The translations under genes and the position numbers were made by a program. Of a stretch of 64,000 nt of DNA, positions 27,921 through 42,640 are shown piece by piece. Position 1 is the first letter of the stretch. Every line of letters starts with the position of its first letter. Below the pieces are notes generated by a model, which did not search any database, was not told where the DNA came from, and saw only the letters and a program-made list of their open reading frames with translations. This DNA comes from the human T2T-CHM13v2.0 reference genome, Homo sapiens. The DNA is taken from the NCBI RefSeq assembly GCF_009914755.1, contig NC_060939.1; one strand, 5' to 3'.

Positions 27921-28888
27921 TGTTGCAGGGTCTACATGATTCCTGATGAATGATTTCCCCTGGAGAAGCTGCACATCTGTGCTCTGCCCCAGTATTTGTC
28001 TGGAAGGTGGAATTTCAAGCTGCCTCCTGGACTTGTCCTTTCCTTTCAGATTCCAAGGCCACTGCCCTGTCTGATGGTCATCCAGTCCTGATTCACTTCC
28101 CTCATCTGAGTCCCTGGTGATCCATCCTCCAGGAAGCTCAGCCTCACCTCAGGTCCTACAGAATTTAAATGGCCTCATCACTCGCACTCCAGGGAGGTGT
28201 GGTGTGGAATCTTCCTCAAGGACCCTGGGTTTTAAGCAGCACTGGTGTCACCCTCTGTTGCCAGCCTAAGGCTGTCCCCAAGGTCCAGGATCTCAGGGCA
28301 GCTCTGCTGATCTACAGATTTCTCTGGACCCACAGGACTGTTATAAGTTTGAGGATGCAGATTGGGGTCTGCTTGTCTCCTCCCAAAGGCTGATCCTCCC
28401 AGGCTCAGGCCTCCTGAATGAGCAGCCCTATCAGTCCTTCACTGAGTTTCCTACCCCTTTCCCTACCCAGAATACTTTTCTCATTTGGAACCCTGGACAT
28501 AACACAGGCCTTTCTTGTCCCCCTCATATATGATTCACTTCAACAGCCTCCTAACCTGTTTCCTTAAGGCTCTCTTTCTTCTACCCCCTACACCATACTA
28601 CAGATTCATCTCCCTAAAACAGTCCTGCCTTGGGTTAGCTGGCACTTTGCTCAAAAACCTTCAATGGGACATGAAGACCTCTGTGCTCAGTTCAAATTCT
28701 CTGCCAACCATTTGGGGCCCAGAGGCCTAGAGCTTCCTGGTTTAGGGAGCCCCTTCTGTGCATCCAGGTGACCCCACCCCGCGGTGTGGCAGTCTTGTCT
28801 ATCTGCTTCATTGTCTTAGCCTGTGTGTGCTTCCCCAGCTTGGAATGTCCTCCACTCTCTCCCTCCATTTTAAAAATTCCATCATCCA

Positions 28889-29242
<354 letters not shown>

Positions 29243-30499
29243 AAAAATTCCATCATCCATTCAAGATTCCTGCTCTGTCCCTACCTCTGCCAAAAGCCTG
29301 TTCAGACTATTCCAGCACATACTGGTCTCTTCATCCTTTTGTTTCTTTTCTGACTCCATCAGTACCACTATTTCAGTTGTACTTGAAGATACTGAGCTCC
29401 TTGAGGGTGGAAACTGTAACTTATACTTGTTTTGTGTCCCATGATGATGCCTAGCACCAGGGCTTTGTGCACAGTGGGGTGGGAGACACTCATGGCTGCC
29501 CACGCAACAGCATGGCTTTCTTGCTGACCAATCAGCCTCTACTACAGGAGGGTGTTGAGGAGGGAACCTGAAAGCTGCATTTGCCAGCCTCCCATGTACA
29601 AGGACAGGGATGCATGATCCACTCCTTGCACTGGAGCCTGAAGGGAGTTCTGACGGGAGGTGTGGGAGAGATTCTTTCCTGTGTGAGGCAGGAAACTCCC
29701 CTACATCTCAATCCATGCAAATCAGTAGGGAACCAATAACAGTTCCTACCTCCTCCCAGCCTTGAGCTAGGACCACTGAACTACAGCATCCCCCGAGGCT
29801 CATTGTAAGCTGGTGAGACCTCAGAAACAAGACCTAGAAGCTCATAAATACACAGGGCTTGGTTTTGTTTCATTTCTGATAGTTCATCGAGTCAATGACC
29901 AACAATTAATGCTTTAGAAGAAGATAACAGTCTCTGATAATGGACCTACCCACTCATATAATTCTGGAAAATATGCCTTCCTGACCCCTCCAGGCAATCA
30001 GCTCATACCATGAAATATGAAATCCACGCATGCATAACTGTGAATGTTATTAACAATCATAAAACCATGCAACTCCTTCGGAAATCCAAGCCTTATTTCC
30101 AATACAAATTACCCCCTGCCACAGACTGGGTTATTCAGGATAGAAAGAAGTATTTCCTTTCCTTTGTTAAAATTTACGAGTCATTAATTCTACTGAATGA
30201 GAGGCTTCTCATATTATAGACAAGTTGAAGCTTTTTTCCTGAGGGGAGAGCTGCATATGGAAAGTTCCCTGTTTGGGTCTAGAGATGTCCAGCAACAGTC
30301 TTTGATAACCTAGAAGAGTTCACTGTCGGTTCCATTAATACCCATCTGTAAGTACAAGTTGGTACCTTGGCTGAGTAGGAGCTGGGACCTGTATGCTCAT
30401 GGGTAGCGGGGTGAGGCAACACATCAACTCTTACCCCCAACCCAGTATCTACTTGCAAGCACTGATCAAAATGATCGGGAAATAGTTTGGTAAACTCTG

Positions 30500-31040
30500 G
30501 GATAGCACATAGGTTGCCTGACCATACTCCACTGATTCCCAGTGTTCTGGGAGCTCCCTCTCCTTTAACCCCTCATACTGCCACTGTTTACATTTCAATA
30601 GGAGCAGACAAGTTCCTGCTGTACGACTCTGGTCATCTTCCCCACTGTTGAATGGATCAGCACCTGATCAAAACTGGGTCAATCAATTAAGACATCTTCC
30701 CAAATATTTGAAACTAGAACTAAAAGAGATCAGCTTCTCCCTGAACTTCCTGGACAAGTAAACTCAGGAGTGGTCCACGGCCATGTTTTCTGCAAAAGAC
30801 CATATACAAAAACAGAGAAGGAAAGAGGGAAACAGATGCAAGTTGGAGGGAAGGGGTGCTGTTGGCTTCCTACCCCCTATTCTAGTCTCTATTCATAATC
30901 TAGATCTGAGGTCTGGCTGTGTCTCTTCCTTTAGTTTCCAGGAAACATCCCTGATCCCATAACAAATTTCCTTCATTAAAAAAAAAAATTGACACTCACT
31001 CAAGTGGATTTTTGTGATTTTCTACCAAAACACTCCAAAT
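30500..31040 (+). mobile_element. Old ERVL-class LTR (LTR33/LTR16-like)
   Basis: cacctgatcaaaactgggtcaatca...cccataacaaatttccttc; heavily diverged. Confidence 0.45.
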
Positions 31041-31085
31041 ACACATAACATTGGGCATTATATAACTGTTAAAAGTTTGCATATA

Positions 31086-31372
31086 GGCCTAGGTATGGTG
31101 GCTCATGCCTATACTCCAGCACTTTGGGAGGCTGAGATTAAAGAATCACCTGAGCCCAGGAGTTCAAATCAGCCTAGGCAACATAGTGAGACCATGTCTC
31201 TACAAAAAAATATTAAAATTAGCCAAGTGTGGTGGCATATACCTGTAGTCTCAGCTACTCAGGAAGCTGAGGTGGGAGGATCACTTGAGTCAGGGAAGTT
31301 GAGGCTGCAGTGAGCTGTGATACCACTGCACTCCAGCCTGGGTGATGGAACGAGACCCTATCTAAATAAAAC
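31086..31372 (+). mobile_element. AluJ
   Basis: TSD aaaagtttgcatata / aaaaatttgcttata. Confidence 0.93.
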
Positions 31373-31528
31373 AAAAATTTGCTTATAAATAATTTTTAGT
31401 ATCAAGGGAGATGGCTTCTGACATCATGATAGGTCATTAAAAATCAAGCTATAAAATTATATTAAGTGCAATCTTAACAATATAAAACAATGGAGGAGTT
31501 AAAAACCATCAAAACATTATTTGTGATT

Positions 31529-31824
31529 ATGTATTTCTTTTTTGAGACAGGGTCTCGCTCTTTGCCCAGGCTGGAGTGCAGTGGTGTGATCCCGGCTGAC
31601 TGACACCTCCACCTCCCAGGCTCAAACAATTCTCCTTCCTCAGCCTCCAGAGTAGCTGGGATTACAGGTGCATGCCACCACACCTGGCTTATTTTTGTAT
31701 TTTTAGTAAAGATGGGGCTTTGCCATGTTGGCCAGGCTAGTGTTGAACACCTGGCCTCAAGTGATCTGCCTGCCTTGACCTCCCAAAGTGCTAAGATTAT
31801 AGGCATGAGCCACCATGCCCCGCC
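31529..31824 (-). mobile_element. Alu (old J/S)
   Basis: TSD tatttgtgatt 31518-31528 / 31825-31835. Confidence 0.95.
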
Positions 31825-32773
31825 TATTTGTGATTCTTTCTAAGTAGTGGGATTGCAGGTGAGTTTTATTTTCTTCACTGGGTCTTTTTTCTCTATGTAC
31901 TTTACACATTTTTTATAAAAAGTATGTATTAATTTTATAATCATAAAATCAGATTTGTTTAAAAGTCAACATATTTAAGAATCTTTCCCTGCTTCCTTCT
32001 CCTTTCCCAAAAAGTCTGCAGCGGAAGACCCAGTTTGAGTCCAAGTGTGTTCACCAACAAAATGTAACCATGTCTAGAGAACTTGGAGGGATCTGTTGGC
32101 ATGAGGGGGTAGGAGCCTGCTAGTAAAAAACTCACTCACACAAGAGTCCAGATACCAAGTTGGCCCACTGATGGAACCTTGGTTTTCAAGTGAGGTGTAA
32201 TTCCATGTATAGCTGAGTGTCCATCCCTCAGACCTGCTCCAGCCAGTCTCCTGTGGCTGAGGGCACAGCAAGAGAGTGTGAATTAGAACGGAAAGTGCTC
32301 TTTCACTGAAAATTTAGGGACACTAAGGGGTATGCACAGCTTTCACTTGGGGTTCTTCCAATAGAGCATAACATTTCAAGGAGTACAGATACTGTACCTC
32401 TTGCTCATTTTGCTATAGACCACTATACCGCCTTGACACTATGGGGCCTGGGGTACTGGCACTGGTGTGGATGATGGTGACAACAAGGTATGGCAGAGGT
32501 GGCAGCATCCAGGAGTAGCAGCAGTCATGCATGTGAGCTACAGCAGATACAGTGACAGCTTCTAATTAATGCAGAGGAATGGAAGAGTCCCACAGATCTG
32601 CAGTGATGTCCAGCAAAGGCCAATGTTCAGTGGGAAGGCAGGTTCAGTGTTAGAAGGACAGGAGTAGAGAAAACAGAATAGGAGGGAAGGAACAAAATGT
32701 TAGTAGCTGACTGGATGGCTGAATGGAAAGCTGCAAGCTAAAGCTACCCCAGAAACCCTTAGTAGACGGCTAA

Positions 32774-33141
<368 letters not shown>

Positions 33142-33239
33142 AACTTTTCCATTCTTAATCTAGAAGTAAGCAAGGAGGAGGGAGTATTCAGACTGAGTAT
33201 TGACTTGATAAAGGTGATTAAAAAGTCAGTATCAGATTA

Positions 33240-33414
33240 GGGCTGGGCACCGTGGCTTATGCCTATAATCCCAGCAATTTGGGAGGCCAAGGTAGAAGGA
33301 TCCTTGACCCCAGAAGTTTAAGGCTGCAGTGAGATATGATTGCACCACAGCATGCCAACCTGGGTGACAGAGTAAGGCCTCATCTCTAAAAAAAATTTTT
33401 TTAGTTAAAAATAA
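33240..33414 (+). mobile_element. Monomeric Alu (FRAM-like or arm-deleted AluJ)
   Basis: Single monomer; TSD tcagtatcagatta 33226-33239 / 33415-33428. Confidence 0.85.
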
Positions 33415-33699
33415 TCAGTATCAGATTAAATATAGGCAGGTATTATGGGGAAAATCTAGAAGGGTTCTGCATTCAGATTTGGCTTATGAAACATAAAAAG
33501 AAAATATCTTATCCCTATATCAAAAGATAGTGAATGGACATTCATTTATATATTTTAAGTTAAAATATTTAACACACGCTTATGTCATTCTTTATAATAC
33601 CCCACAGTAACTGGCAATTTCCAACTTGTCAACTATAGATCCTATCACAACTGGTAGACTGAGCAGACTTCTATTACATCCTTCTTATTTTGAAAATAG

Positions 33700-34265
33700 C
33701 TTTATTCTTTTAAAGATTTAGGCTTATTATAAATATTGTGATCATACAGAAATGTACAAAGAACAAAGCAAAATTCAGCTGTTAGGGTGAACATCCTTCC
33801 AGACATCCCTCCATGTGCACCTATTAAAATATTATACAAATGGGATCATGCTGTTCTGTTATCCCTTTTTTGCACTCAATTATACATGTCATAGGCAAAT
33901 TTTCATGTCATCAAATCTACATCATCATTTATATATTGTCTATATGGAAGTGCCTTAATTTCTTTATATTTTTTAAACCAATGATTTAACCTTATTGATA
34001 ACCATCCACTTTTCACTGTTATAAACAAGGCTGAGATGGAAAGACTTGTCTTTAGATCTCCATTTGTTTTGGCAATGATTGTCCGGGGGTAAATTACAAG
34101 AAGTGAGATCACTGGGTCAAAGGTACACTCATTTGAAATGTTCATTCCTGCCAGCCCAGTGGACTGCAGAAAGGCTGGGCCAATTTATGTCACCACCAGC
34201 AGAGCATAAAAGGGCCGGGCTCCAGCCCCTCACCAGTCCGAGATTTTGTCATTCTTCTGTTTCCT
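33700..34265 (-). mobile_element. L1ME-type 3' fragment
   Basis: tatacaaatgggatcatgctg...aagaagtgagatcactgggtcaaagg. Confidence 0.6.
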
Positions 34266-35788
34266 AGAGTAAAACTTCAGAAGGATTCTCTTCATCCATC
34301 TTTTGTCTACTATGTTCTTTTTTGTAGATGCTTTTTTGCATAGGTTTCATGCTGAGTTTTTTTCTGCCTATCTTTAATGGAGAGCAGTTCTCTCAGGGTT
34401 TACCATCTGCTTGAAAATGGTATGCATGAAATCTCCTTGACTCCTTTTCCTGTTGGTTTGGTTACTATCCGAATCTTCACTTAGCATTTAAGTTGGAAGG
34501 CTAGAATCTAATCATGATTTTCCCCTGTTTATTTGCCAGAAAGACTTGGTGAAGGCATAGAACCTTGATTTATCTCCTAAATTGTTGCCATTTCTGCTAC
34601 CTGGACAACTTGGTCAAGTTGGAGAAGTCTGGGTTTTGCCTTGTCTCCCCTCTTCTGGGTAGGCTAATGAGAGGTGCGTGAGCAATGCCAGGTGGTTCGT
34701 AAAGTGAATCTGCTTCTCTTTTAAAAAGAGAGTGAGCCAATTGAGACAAACACAGGCAAAAACCCAGCTGCAGCAACATCCTCCTGGCTAATTGGATCCT
34801 ACCTGGGAAGGGCCATCTTCTAGATAGCTTGTTCCCAAGCAGTGTCCCCAGCTGGCCCCTCAGGAAGTATTAGGCCTGTCCTTGGCTAATCCCACAGTTT
34901 AGCGTTGACATAATTCTATCTGACCCAGTCTCCAGAAAGACTCAAAGACTTCTCAGCTAATAGCTCTGTCCTAACATCTAGAACCACACCCTCAAAGATG
35001 AGATGGTACCCCTGATTTCCACAATCCTCTCCTTTGGGACACAGAGCATACCATCCCTGACTGCACCAGACATAGTTATTCTCTGCCCATGGGCTACTCT
35101 TTCTTCTCAGGAGGCCTCAGGGCAACTGTGGGGTCTCCTGAGAAAGCCATCTGTAGGTAATGGGACCAGGACTATCAGAGGATATCATCTATGACCACAG
35201 TAGGTGGGCAAGAAGCAGAGTTAGTTCCCTGTTCAGAATCAGAGCCCCAAGAGACTGGCAGGACATTCCTGTGAGAATCACAGTTTGTTTTAGGAATCTC
35301 ACCAGCCACTTAAGAAAATACAGATGGCCAAGAGCACCCCAGGACCAAGGTCATTGACTGATTCAGTAATACCTCTTGGCCTTCCACCTCTGTATGAATT
35401 TGTTATTGCTGCCAGGACAAATTACCACAAATGTGAGAGCTTAAAAAAAACACCCATTTATTATTTCACAGTTTGCAGGTCTGGAGTTTGACATGGGTCT
35501 CACTAGGCTACAAGGTGTCAGCGGGCTGTTTTCCTTACTGGAGGAGGGTCACTTACAGGTTCATGAAGGTTGCTGGCAGTGTCCAGTTGTATGTGGTTGT
35601 AGCACTGGGGTCCTTATTTCCTTGGTGGCTATTGGCCCTGGGTCATTCTCAGCTTTTAGAAGCCATCCACATTCCTTCACGTTCTCCTTATCTTTGAAGC
35701 CAGCAATAGAGAGTCAAGTCCTTCTTGTGCCTTACCTTTCCTGTCTTCTCTTCTGCTGTATCTCTTCAACTAGGAAAGATTCTTCTCC

Positions 35789-36094
35789 TTTTTTTTTTTT
35801 TTGAGACAGAGTCTCGCTCTGTCGCTCAGGCTGGAGTACAGTGGCGCGATCTCAATCTTGGCTCACTGCAACCTTCACCTCCCAGGTTCAAGCAATTCTC
35901 CTTGCCTCCACCTCCCAAGTAGCTGGGATTACAAGTGCCCACAACCACCGCCCCCAACTAATTTTTGTATTTTTAGTAGAGATGGGGTTTCACCATATTG
36001 GCCAGGCTGTTCTTGAACTCCCGGCCTCAAGTAATCTGCCTGAGTTGACCTCCCAAAGTGCTGGGATTACAGGTGTGAGCCACCGTGCCTGGCC
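35789..36094 (-). mobile_element. AluS
   Basis: Full dimer with poly-T. Confidence 0.95.
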
Positions 36095-36156
36095 AATTCT
36101 TCCACTTTTAAGGGTTCATGTGATTACACAGAGCCTACCTGGCTAATCCAGGATAA

Positions 36157-36471
<315 letters not shown>

Positions 36472-38153
36472 CATCTTAAGATCTATAACCTTAATTGTAT
36501 CTGTAAAGTCTCCTTGCCATGCAAATTTAATATATTCACAGGTTCCAGGGATGAGGCAAGGACATCTTTGGGGCCATTATTCAGCTTACCATGGCCCTTT
36601 TGGCCAAGAGTCATCCAGGAGTAAGAGCCCGGCAGAGATAATTCCAAGGAAGACCCACATGATTTCCTCTCCTCCATCCCCCTCCCACAACACACCCATC
36701 CCTGGGAACCAGTTGGCCAGATCTTCCAGCTGAATACTTCACCAGACTCATGCCACAATGCATCACTATCAAGGCGAGGCTGAGCACCTGGCACAGCCAA
36801 CTCCCTCTGGAGAGCTGGGGCAAGGCTGGTACTTTCAACCCAAGCCCTGAGTGGCCTGTCTGCTCACTGCTGTTTCCTGAAGCTCAGCCAATATGCCTAG
36901 GAGGATCCCAAGGATTTTGGGCTTCAGTCCAATATGCCTATAAGCAGAAGGCTCTGCTTTCCCTTTGCAGGAGATGGTTAGAGGCTTGGGTTAGGGTCTC
37001 GGTGGAATTATAAATAGTATAATGGCATTACTGCTAGGGACCCAGGAAGGCTAAAATATTGTCCTGCCAATCATTCAGCACCCCTTGGCATCTCATATAA
37101 GGAGGAATAAAAGGATGTAAATTAAAAATGTCTTTTTTTTTTTTTTGCTAGCCTTATTGGTAGCTGAAATGTCAAAGCAAAAGCTGGAGAAAGAACGACT
37201 GTATCAGGTGGCTGGTTCCCCACTCTCCCTCCTCTTGAAGCTAAATCTGGTGGCAGCACACACAAGTATACATGCTAAGGAGAGAGCAGGGCCCAACTGA
37301 ACTTACTTATTGACTACATATCCAGGAACAGAGAGGCATGGCCAGGCCCTCACTGAGATGGCAACACAACCTGGGTCTGCTCACCACATACAGGAAGGAA
37401 GCAAAAGCACAGGAAGCCCCAAAGACCGAGACCTTCCTAGGACCAAAGCGGGATAGAGGAGAAAAGGTGTTGCCTTTAATGTACAGTGACCTGGTGGTTT
37501 ACCAGTAAAATGTGGCCCAGTGAATATTCTGGACTCTGACCTGTCAGATTAGCACCTGTTCTTCCTTTGGGCAGGGAGGGGAGCTAGGAAGGCGTTAGAA
37601 AGAGGCTGTGCTGGTGTGTGCAGAGTAGACAGTGGGGGGTTTCACTAGTGCCTGCCTTTGTCTGCTTCTGGTCTCAACCCAGTGGCTGCCCCTAGGTTTC
37701 TGGGGATGGATGATGAGAGTACTGTTGACCCATGCGCTTGTGAGCCAGGCACCTTGGTAATCAGATGCCCAGCGGCTGTGAGTTGTAGCTGACCACGCCC
37801 ACCAGAGGAAGAATATATCACCCAGGGAAGGCCATTTAACCAGAGACATGCAATGGTGTAGCCACTCTGAGACCTTCTGATCTACAATGCTGGGGTGAGC
37901 TGCTCCCCGAAATGCCCAGATATCCTAAACTCCTGAGATTCAAAAGACCATGCAGACTCTTTTGCACCATATTTCTGTGCGGAGATCTTTCTGGCTTGGA
38001 TTTGGGGAATTCAGACAGTTTCCCATGTTCAAAGAATTATCAAGATTCTCTCCAGGAAGATTTCACTGATGCCCAGGTCAGAGTTTGATGTCCTACCTGG
38101 TGCTTTCCTGCCTGCCCCATACTGCACTGAAATCACCTTCTGTTGGTCTGTCT

Positions 38154-38663
38154 TGCCGAGACCAGCTCAGTTGTGGAGACCCTAACCCAGCAGTGCTAGA
38201 GGAATTAAAGACACACACACAGAAATACAGAGGTGTGGAGTGGGAAATCAGGGTTCTCACAGCCTTCAGAGCTGAGAGCCTTGAACAGAGATTTACCCAC
38301 ATATTTATTGAGAGCAAGCCAGTGATAAGCATTGTTTCTATAGATTATAGATTAGCTAAAAGTATTCCTTACAGGAAATAAAGGGATGGGCTGAAATAAA
38401 GGGATGGGTTTGGCTAGTTATCTGCAGCAGGAGCATGTCCTTAAGGCACAGATCGCTCATGCTATTGTTTGTGGTTTAAGAACGCCTTTAAGCGGTTTTC
38501 TGCCCTGGGTGGGCCAGGTGTTCCTTGCCCTCATTCTGGTAAACCCACAACCTTCAGCGTGGGCATCATGGCCATCATGAACATGTCACAGTGCTGCAGA
38601 GATTTTGTTTATGGCCAGTTTTGGGGGCAGTTTGTGGCCAGATTCGGGGGCCTGTTCCCAACA
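38154..38663 (-). mobile_element. MER9 solo LTR (HERV-K9/HML-3) inserted in an L2 remnant
   Basis: tgccgagaccagctc...ggcctgttcccaaca with TG...CA ends; 6-bp TSD ctgtct 38148-38153 / 38664-38669. Confidence 0.93.
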
Positions 38664-40289
38664 CTGTCTCCTCTAATAAACTGTGAATTCCTTGAAGCCA
38701 GGGACTGCTTTTTTCTCCATTTTCTTCCCTGGCCTAGTGTAGGATGTCACACAGTAGGGACTTAGCTAGTGGCTGATGGTGGACGCTAAATGATTGAAAT
38801 AGCTATCCTACCCCAACCAGTCCCAGGCTGGGTTCCTGGCACAGGCTGGCATTTGTACATGAACACCATGGCTGCTTGTTCCACTGTGGCCTCAGCTCCC
38901 ACAGCAAGTTTCTCCTACAGCTGAACCTGGCTGGAAATGCAGGCATAAGAGCCCCCGGAGGGAGCCAGTAGTCATCACAGCCAAAGGTCTTTGGGAAGCC
39001 TTCATTACCATCTGGGTATGCCTTGCCAATCTCGAGCTCCCCAGGCTTGGCACTTTTTAGGACAGCCTTTGTCATGGTCTGACAGACATGACAGCTCTCC
39101 CTGTCTCACACTATCTGATCCAGTCATATTGAGCTTTCATATTGGAACTCTCTAGGACCTACTCAACCTAGGCAGGCAGATCTCTTTTATTTCATCACAT
39201 TGTTGAAGATGCCAGAACTTTGGGACTAATGATTGATCTTAGAGGTTGGAATGCACAGCCAGCCTGCCAGTCAGATCTCCTCCTGGTACTTTGCTGCCCT
39301 TCCTCTTGTCTCGACCTCTGTCTGCTCCACTGATGCCCATCACTTGGTTCTTTCATCCGAGAAAGAATAAGAATGGAATCAGGTGCTTTGTAGAGTCCAC
39401 TTTATAAAAGAATGGGAAGAGCTTTTAAAAATTCCCTACCAAGCTTGACCCACTAGGCAATAACTCTTACTCAATCTCATTGCTTCATGAAATTTCATTG
39501 ACTCCCTGCACCCTCCATCTCCCTGCTCCACCCTAGGCTACTTCCTTGGCACTGATCTTATTCCAAGGACTGGGCCAGGCCCATGGGTACACATAGCTAA
39601 CCATTCCCCAGTCCCTGGCTTTCAGCCACCATCCAAGGCTGGTTCCCTGCTCTCCCCAGCACTTCTCCAGTTCTACGCTGATTTGGGCCATATAGATGGA
39701 AAAGGGATCAGCTGGGTGACTAGGCAGGTAATGAATCCCAGGACTGTAGGACACTTATTGACACAACACTGGGGTAGTGGAGACTCACAGAAAATACAGA
39801 AAGCCTTCTACTTTTTCATCTACCTTCCCTGTTCTCCAACTGAGTATAATTTCATCATCTGCTCAGATTGGAAGTCATATGGCCACCTTGTTTGTTTTTC
39901 TCATCTTACTTTACCCATAGTGTTGGTAAGAAATTGGTGAGGAGGGTTGGCTCTTGGAGGTTTTTGAGCTAAAGATGACATGATCAGAGTTGCTCTGTGG
40001 TAAAACTATGTGAGGATGGAGGAAGCTGAAGACCAGTTTGGGGTTACTCGTGTAGGTCAAGGGAGGGATCTAAACTTGAATAGAAGTAGGGTATGACAAC
40101 ATGGGGACGTTGATGGTACAACAGGTGCAAAATATTGTGGAACAAGAACTGCTAGAGGTAAGAGGGATTGGATGTGAAATTTGTGGAGGGAAGAATCTGT
40201 GAAAACACTAAGATTAACAGCTTGGATAATTAGGACTGTGGTGGTGACATTAACAAAACACTGAACACAAGTAATATATGTTTCTAGGG

Positions 40290-40605
<316 letters not shown>

Positions 40606-40854
40606 TAGGGGATCATTTTGAGCTCATTTTGTGATCTACTGAGTTTGAGTAGGATCTCCAGACATAGCGTTCTAGGAAGCAAAGAGGAATACTGGGCATC
40701 AATTTGAGAGAGAGGAAGATCACAGTTATAGCTACAGACATCATCTACATAGAGAGAACACTTAAACATAAAACAGAATGAAAGCTGCAAAGGAAAAATT
40801 ATCAGGCTGTCCCCTCTGCCTGGAATGCCCTTTCTTCTCATACCTGCTGATGCA

Positions 40855-41345
40855 GGTATGCATTGTTGGATGACAACCCTAAAACTTAGTGGCTTTAAAC
40901 AACAATTATTTTATAGTAAACTTTCATGGTTTTGAGGGTTGACTGGCCTTAGTAGGGTGCTTCTTGCTCAGAATGTCTCAAGTAACTATCACCAGTCAAG
41001 TTCTTACGGCTGAAATAATCTCGATCTCTCTTCCTCTCTTCTGTTTCTCCAGCATGGTGGCTCAGGAAGTCAGGGTAGCCAGACTTCTCACATGGAGGCT
41101 CCAAACACATGCCATAAGTGAGCTACCGCAAGGAGGAAGCTGTATCTCCTTTTATGACCTAGCCTCAGAAGTCAGGCAGCATTACTTCTGCCACATTCTA
41201 CTCTTCAGAGAGGCAGTCATAAAAGCTCACTCAGGGTCAAGGGGTGGGGATATAGGCTCTACCTTTAGATGGGTAAGTGGAAAGTTTCTAAAGGGCATGT
41301 GGGACTGGAAATTTTTTTTATTCATTCTGGGAAAATCTGTCTTCT
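40855..41345 (-). mobile_element. MaLR LTR (MLT1F/G-like)
   Basis: aaaacttagtggctttaaacaac...ccttttatgacctagcctcagaagtc...ttctgccacattcta. Confidence 0.75.
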
Positions 41346-41989
41346 CTTCCAAAACTCAATACAAGAAACCACCCCAAATCCTCATGCTTGGTATAACTGC
41401 CACTCTTCAGTAGCCTTCCAGCATTTTACATCCTATGACAATGTTTAGCACTACAGGCATCGTCATCTGGTTATACATGTAGCCATCTGACTCAATTGTA
41501 AGCTTCTATAAGTCAAGACCCGGGTCTCGCTCTGTTTTGGTGGAGTGCAAAGTAGCAGGTAGATCTAGATTGTTGATTTAAATTTAATTCCAAAAATAGG
41601 AGAAGACTGTATGTGGAAGGTTAGTGAAAGCTGTATTTGAGACACAGGAAACGAAATAGGCCATGGAGACTTCGAGGGGAGTTTTTTCAAAACCAAACCA
41701 TAATAGTCTTGGCAAAAATATTGTGGACATTTTCCTTACCTGTGAAAACTGTCGCTGAATAAAATTAACCATATCTATGATAATTAGCAACAACAAAAAC
41801 CCCTCCACAATTAATGCTTTGTAAGCAATAGCTACTGAACAAGTTTCTTATTTTCATAACAGGGAACTTCTGAATAGTCAAATCTTAGAAGAAATCCTAA
41901 CCATAAAACAGAACCAAATTTGCAAGGATTGTTTTCCCATCCAAAACTTATGGTATAATAAGGCATACCATAATCAAATTTATCAATGA

Positions 41990-42640
41990 TTAAATAATCT
42001 TAAAATAAGACTAAGATACCATTTTTTGCCTATCAAATTAGGAGAGCTTTTAAAAATATTCGTAAAATGGCCCAATGCCACCAAATGAACGTTCAGACAT
42101 TTCTGACAGACGGGAGACTTGGCCAAGCCTTCTGGAAGATAAAGAGCTGTTAAGAGTTCGCTCCCTTTCATTCAGGAATTCCAGCACTAGAAATTTATTC
42201 TAAGAAAATAATCCTGGGTAGGGCAAAAATTCATATCGAGGATGCTCAACAAAGTATATGTTATGATAGCAAAATGCTGGAAACAACTAAATATTCAAAT
42301 AGAGCTTGGTTAAATAGATTATGATTAATTCACTTGCTGAAACATTATGCAGCTATTTAAAAAATAACATTTTTGAAAACTCTTTTCTAGTACAAGAGCA
42401 TGCTTACAAATTGATGTTCTCTGTAAATAAAACAGAATACAAACTGCACAAATTATAGGAAGTAGTATGATCCCAATTTTGTTTAAAAATTATATATGTA
42501 TCGAGAAAAGACTAAAAGCACATTCCACAAAATGTTAACAGTAGTTATGTCAGAGTGATAGAATTATAGGACGTTTAAATTTTTTTCCCTATGCTTTTCT
42601 GACTTTTTTTTTTTTTAACAATAAACATGTAATACTTTTG
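41990..42640 (+). mobile_element. L1ME-type 3' fragment
   Basis: agataccattttttgcctatcaaattagg...aattccagcactagaaatttattctaag. Confidence 0.65.

Noticed and set aside
32080-32700. Possible ancient LTR (MamGypLTR-like composition)
   Set aside because: No termini, TSD or diagnostic motif could be identified by eye
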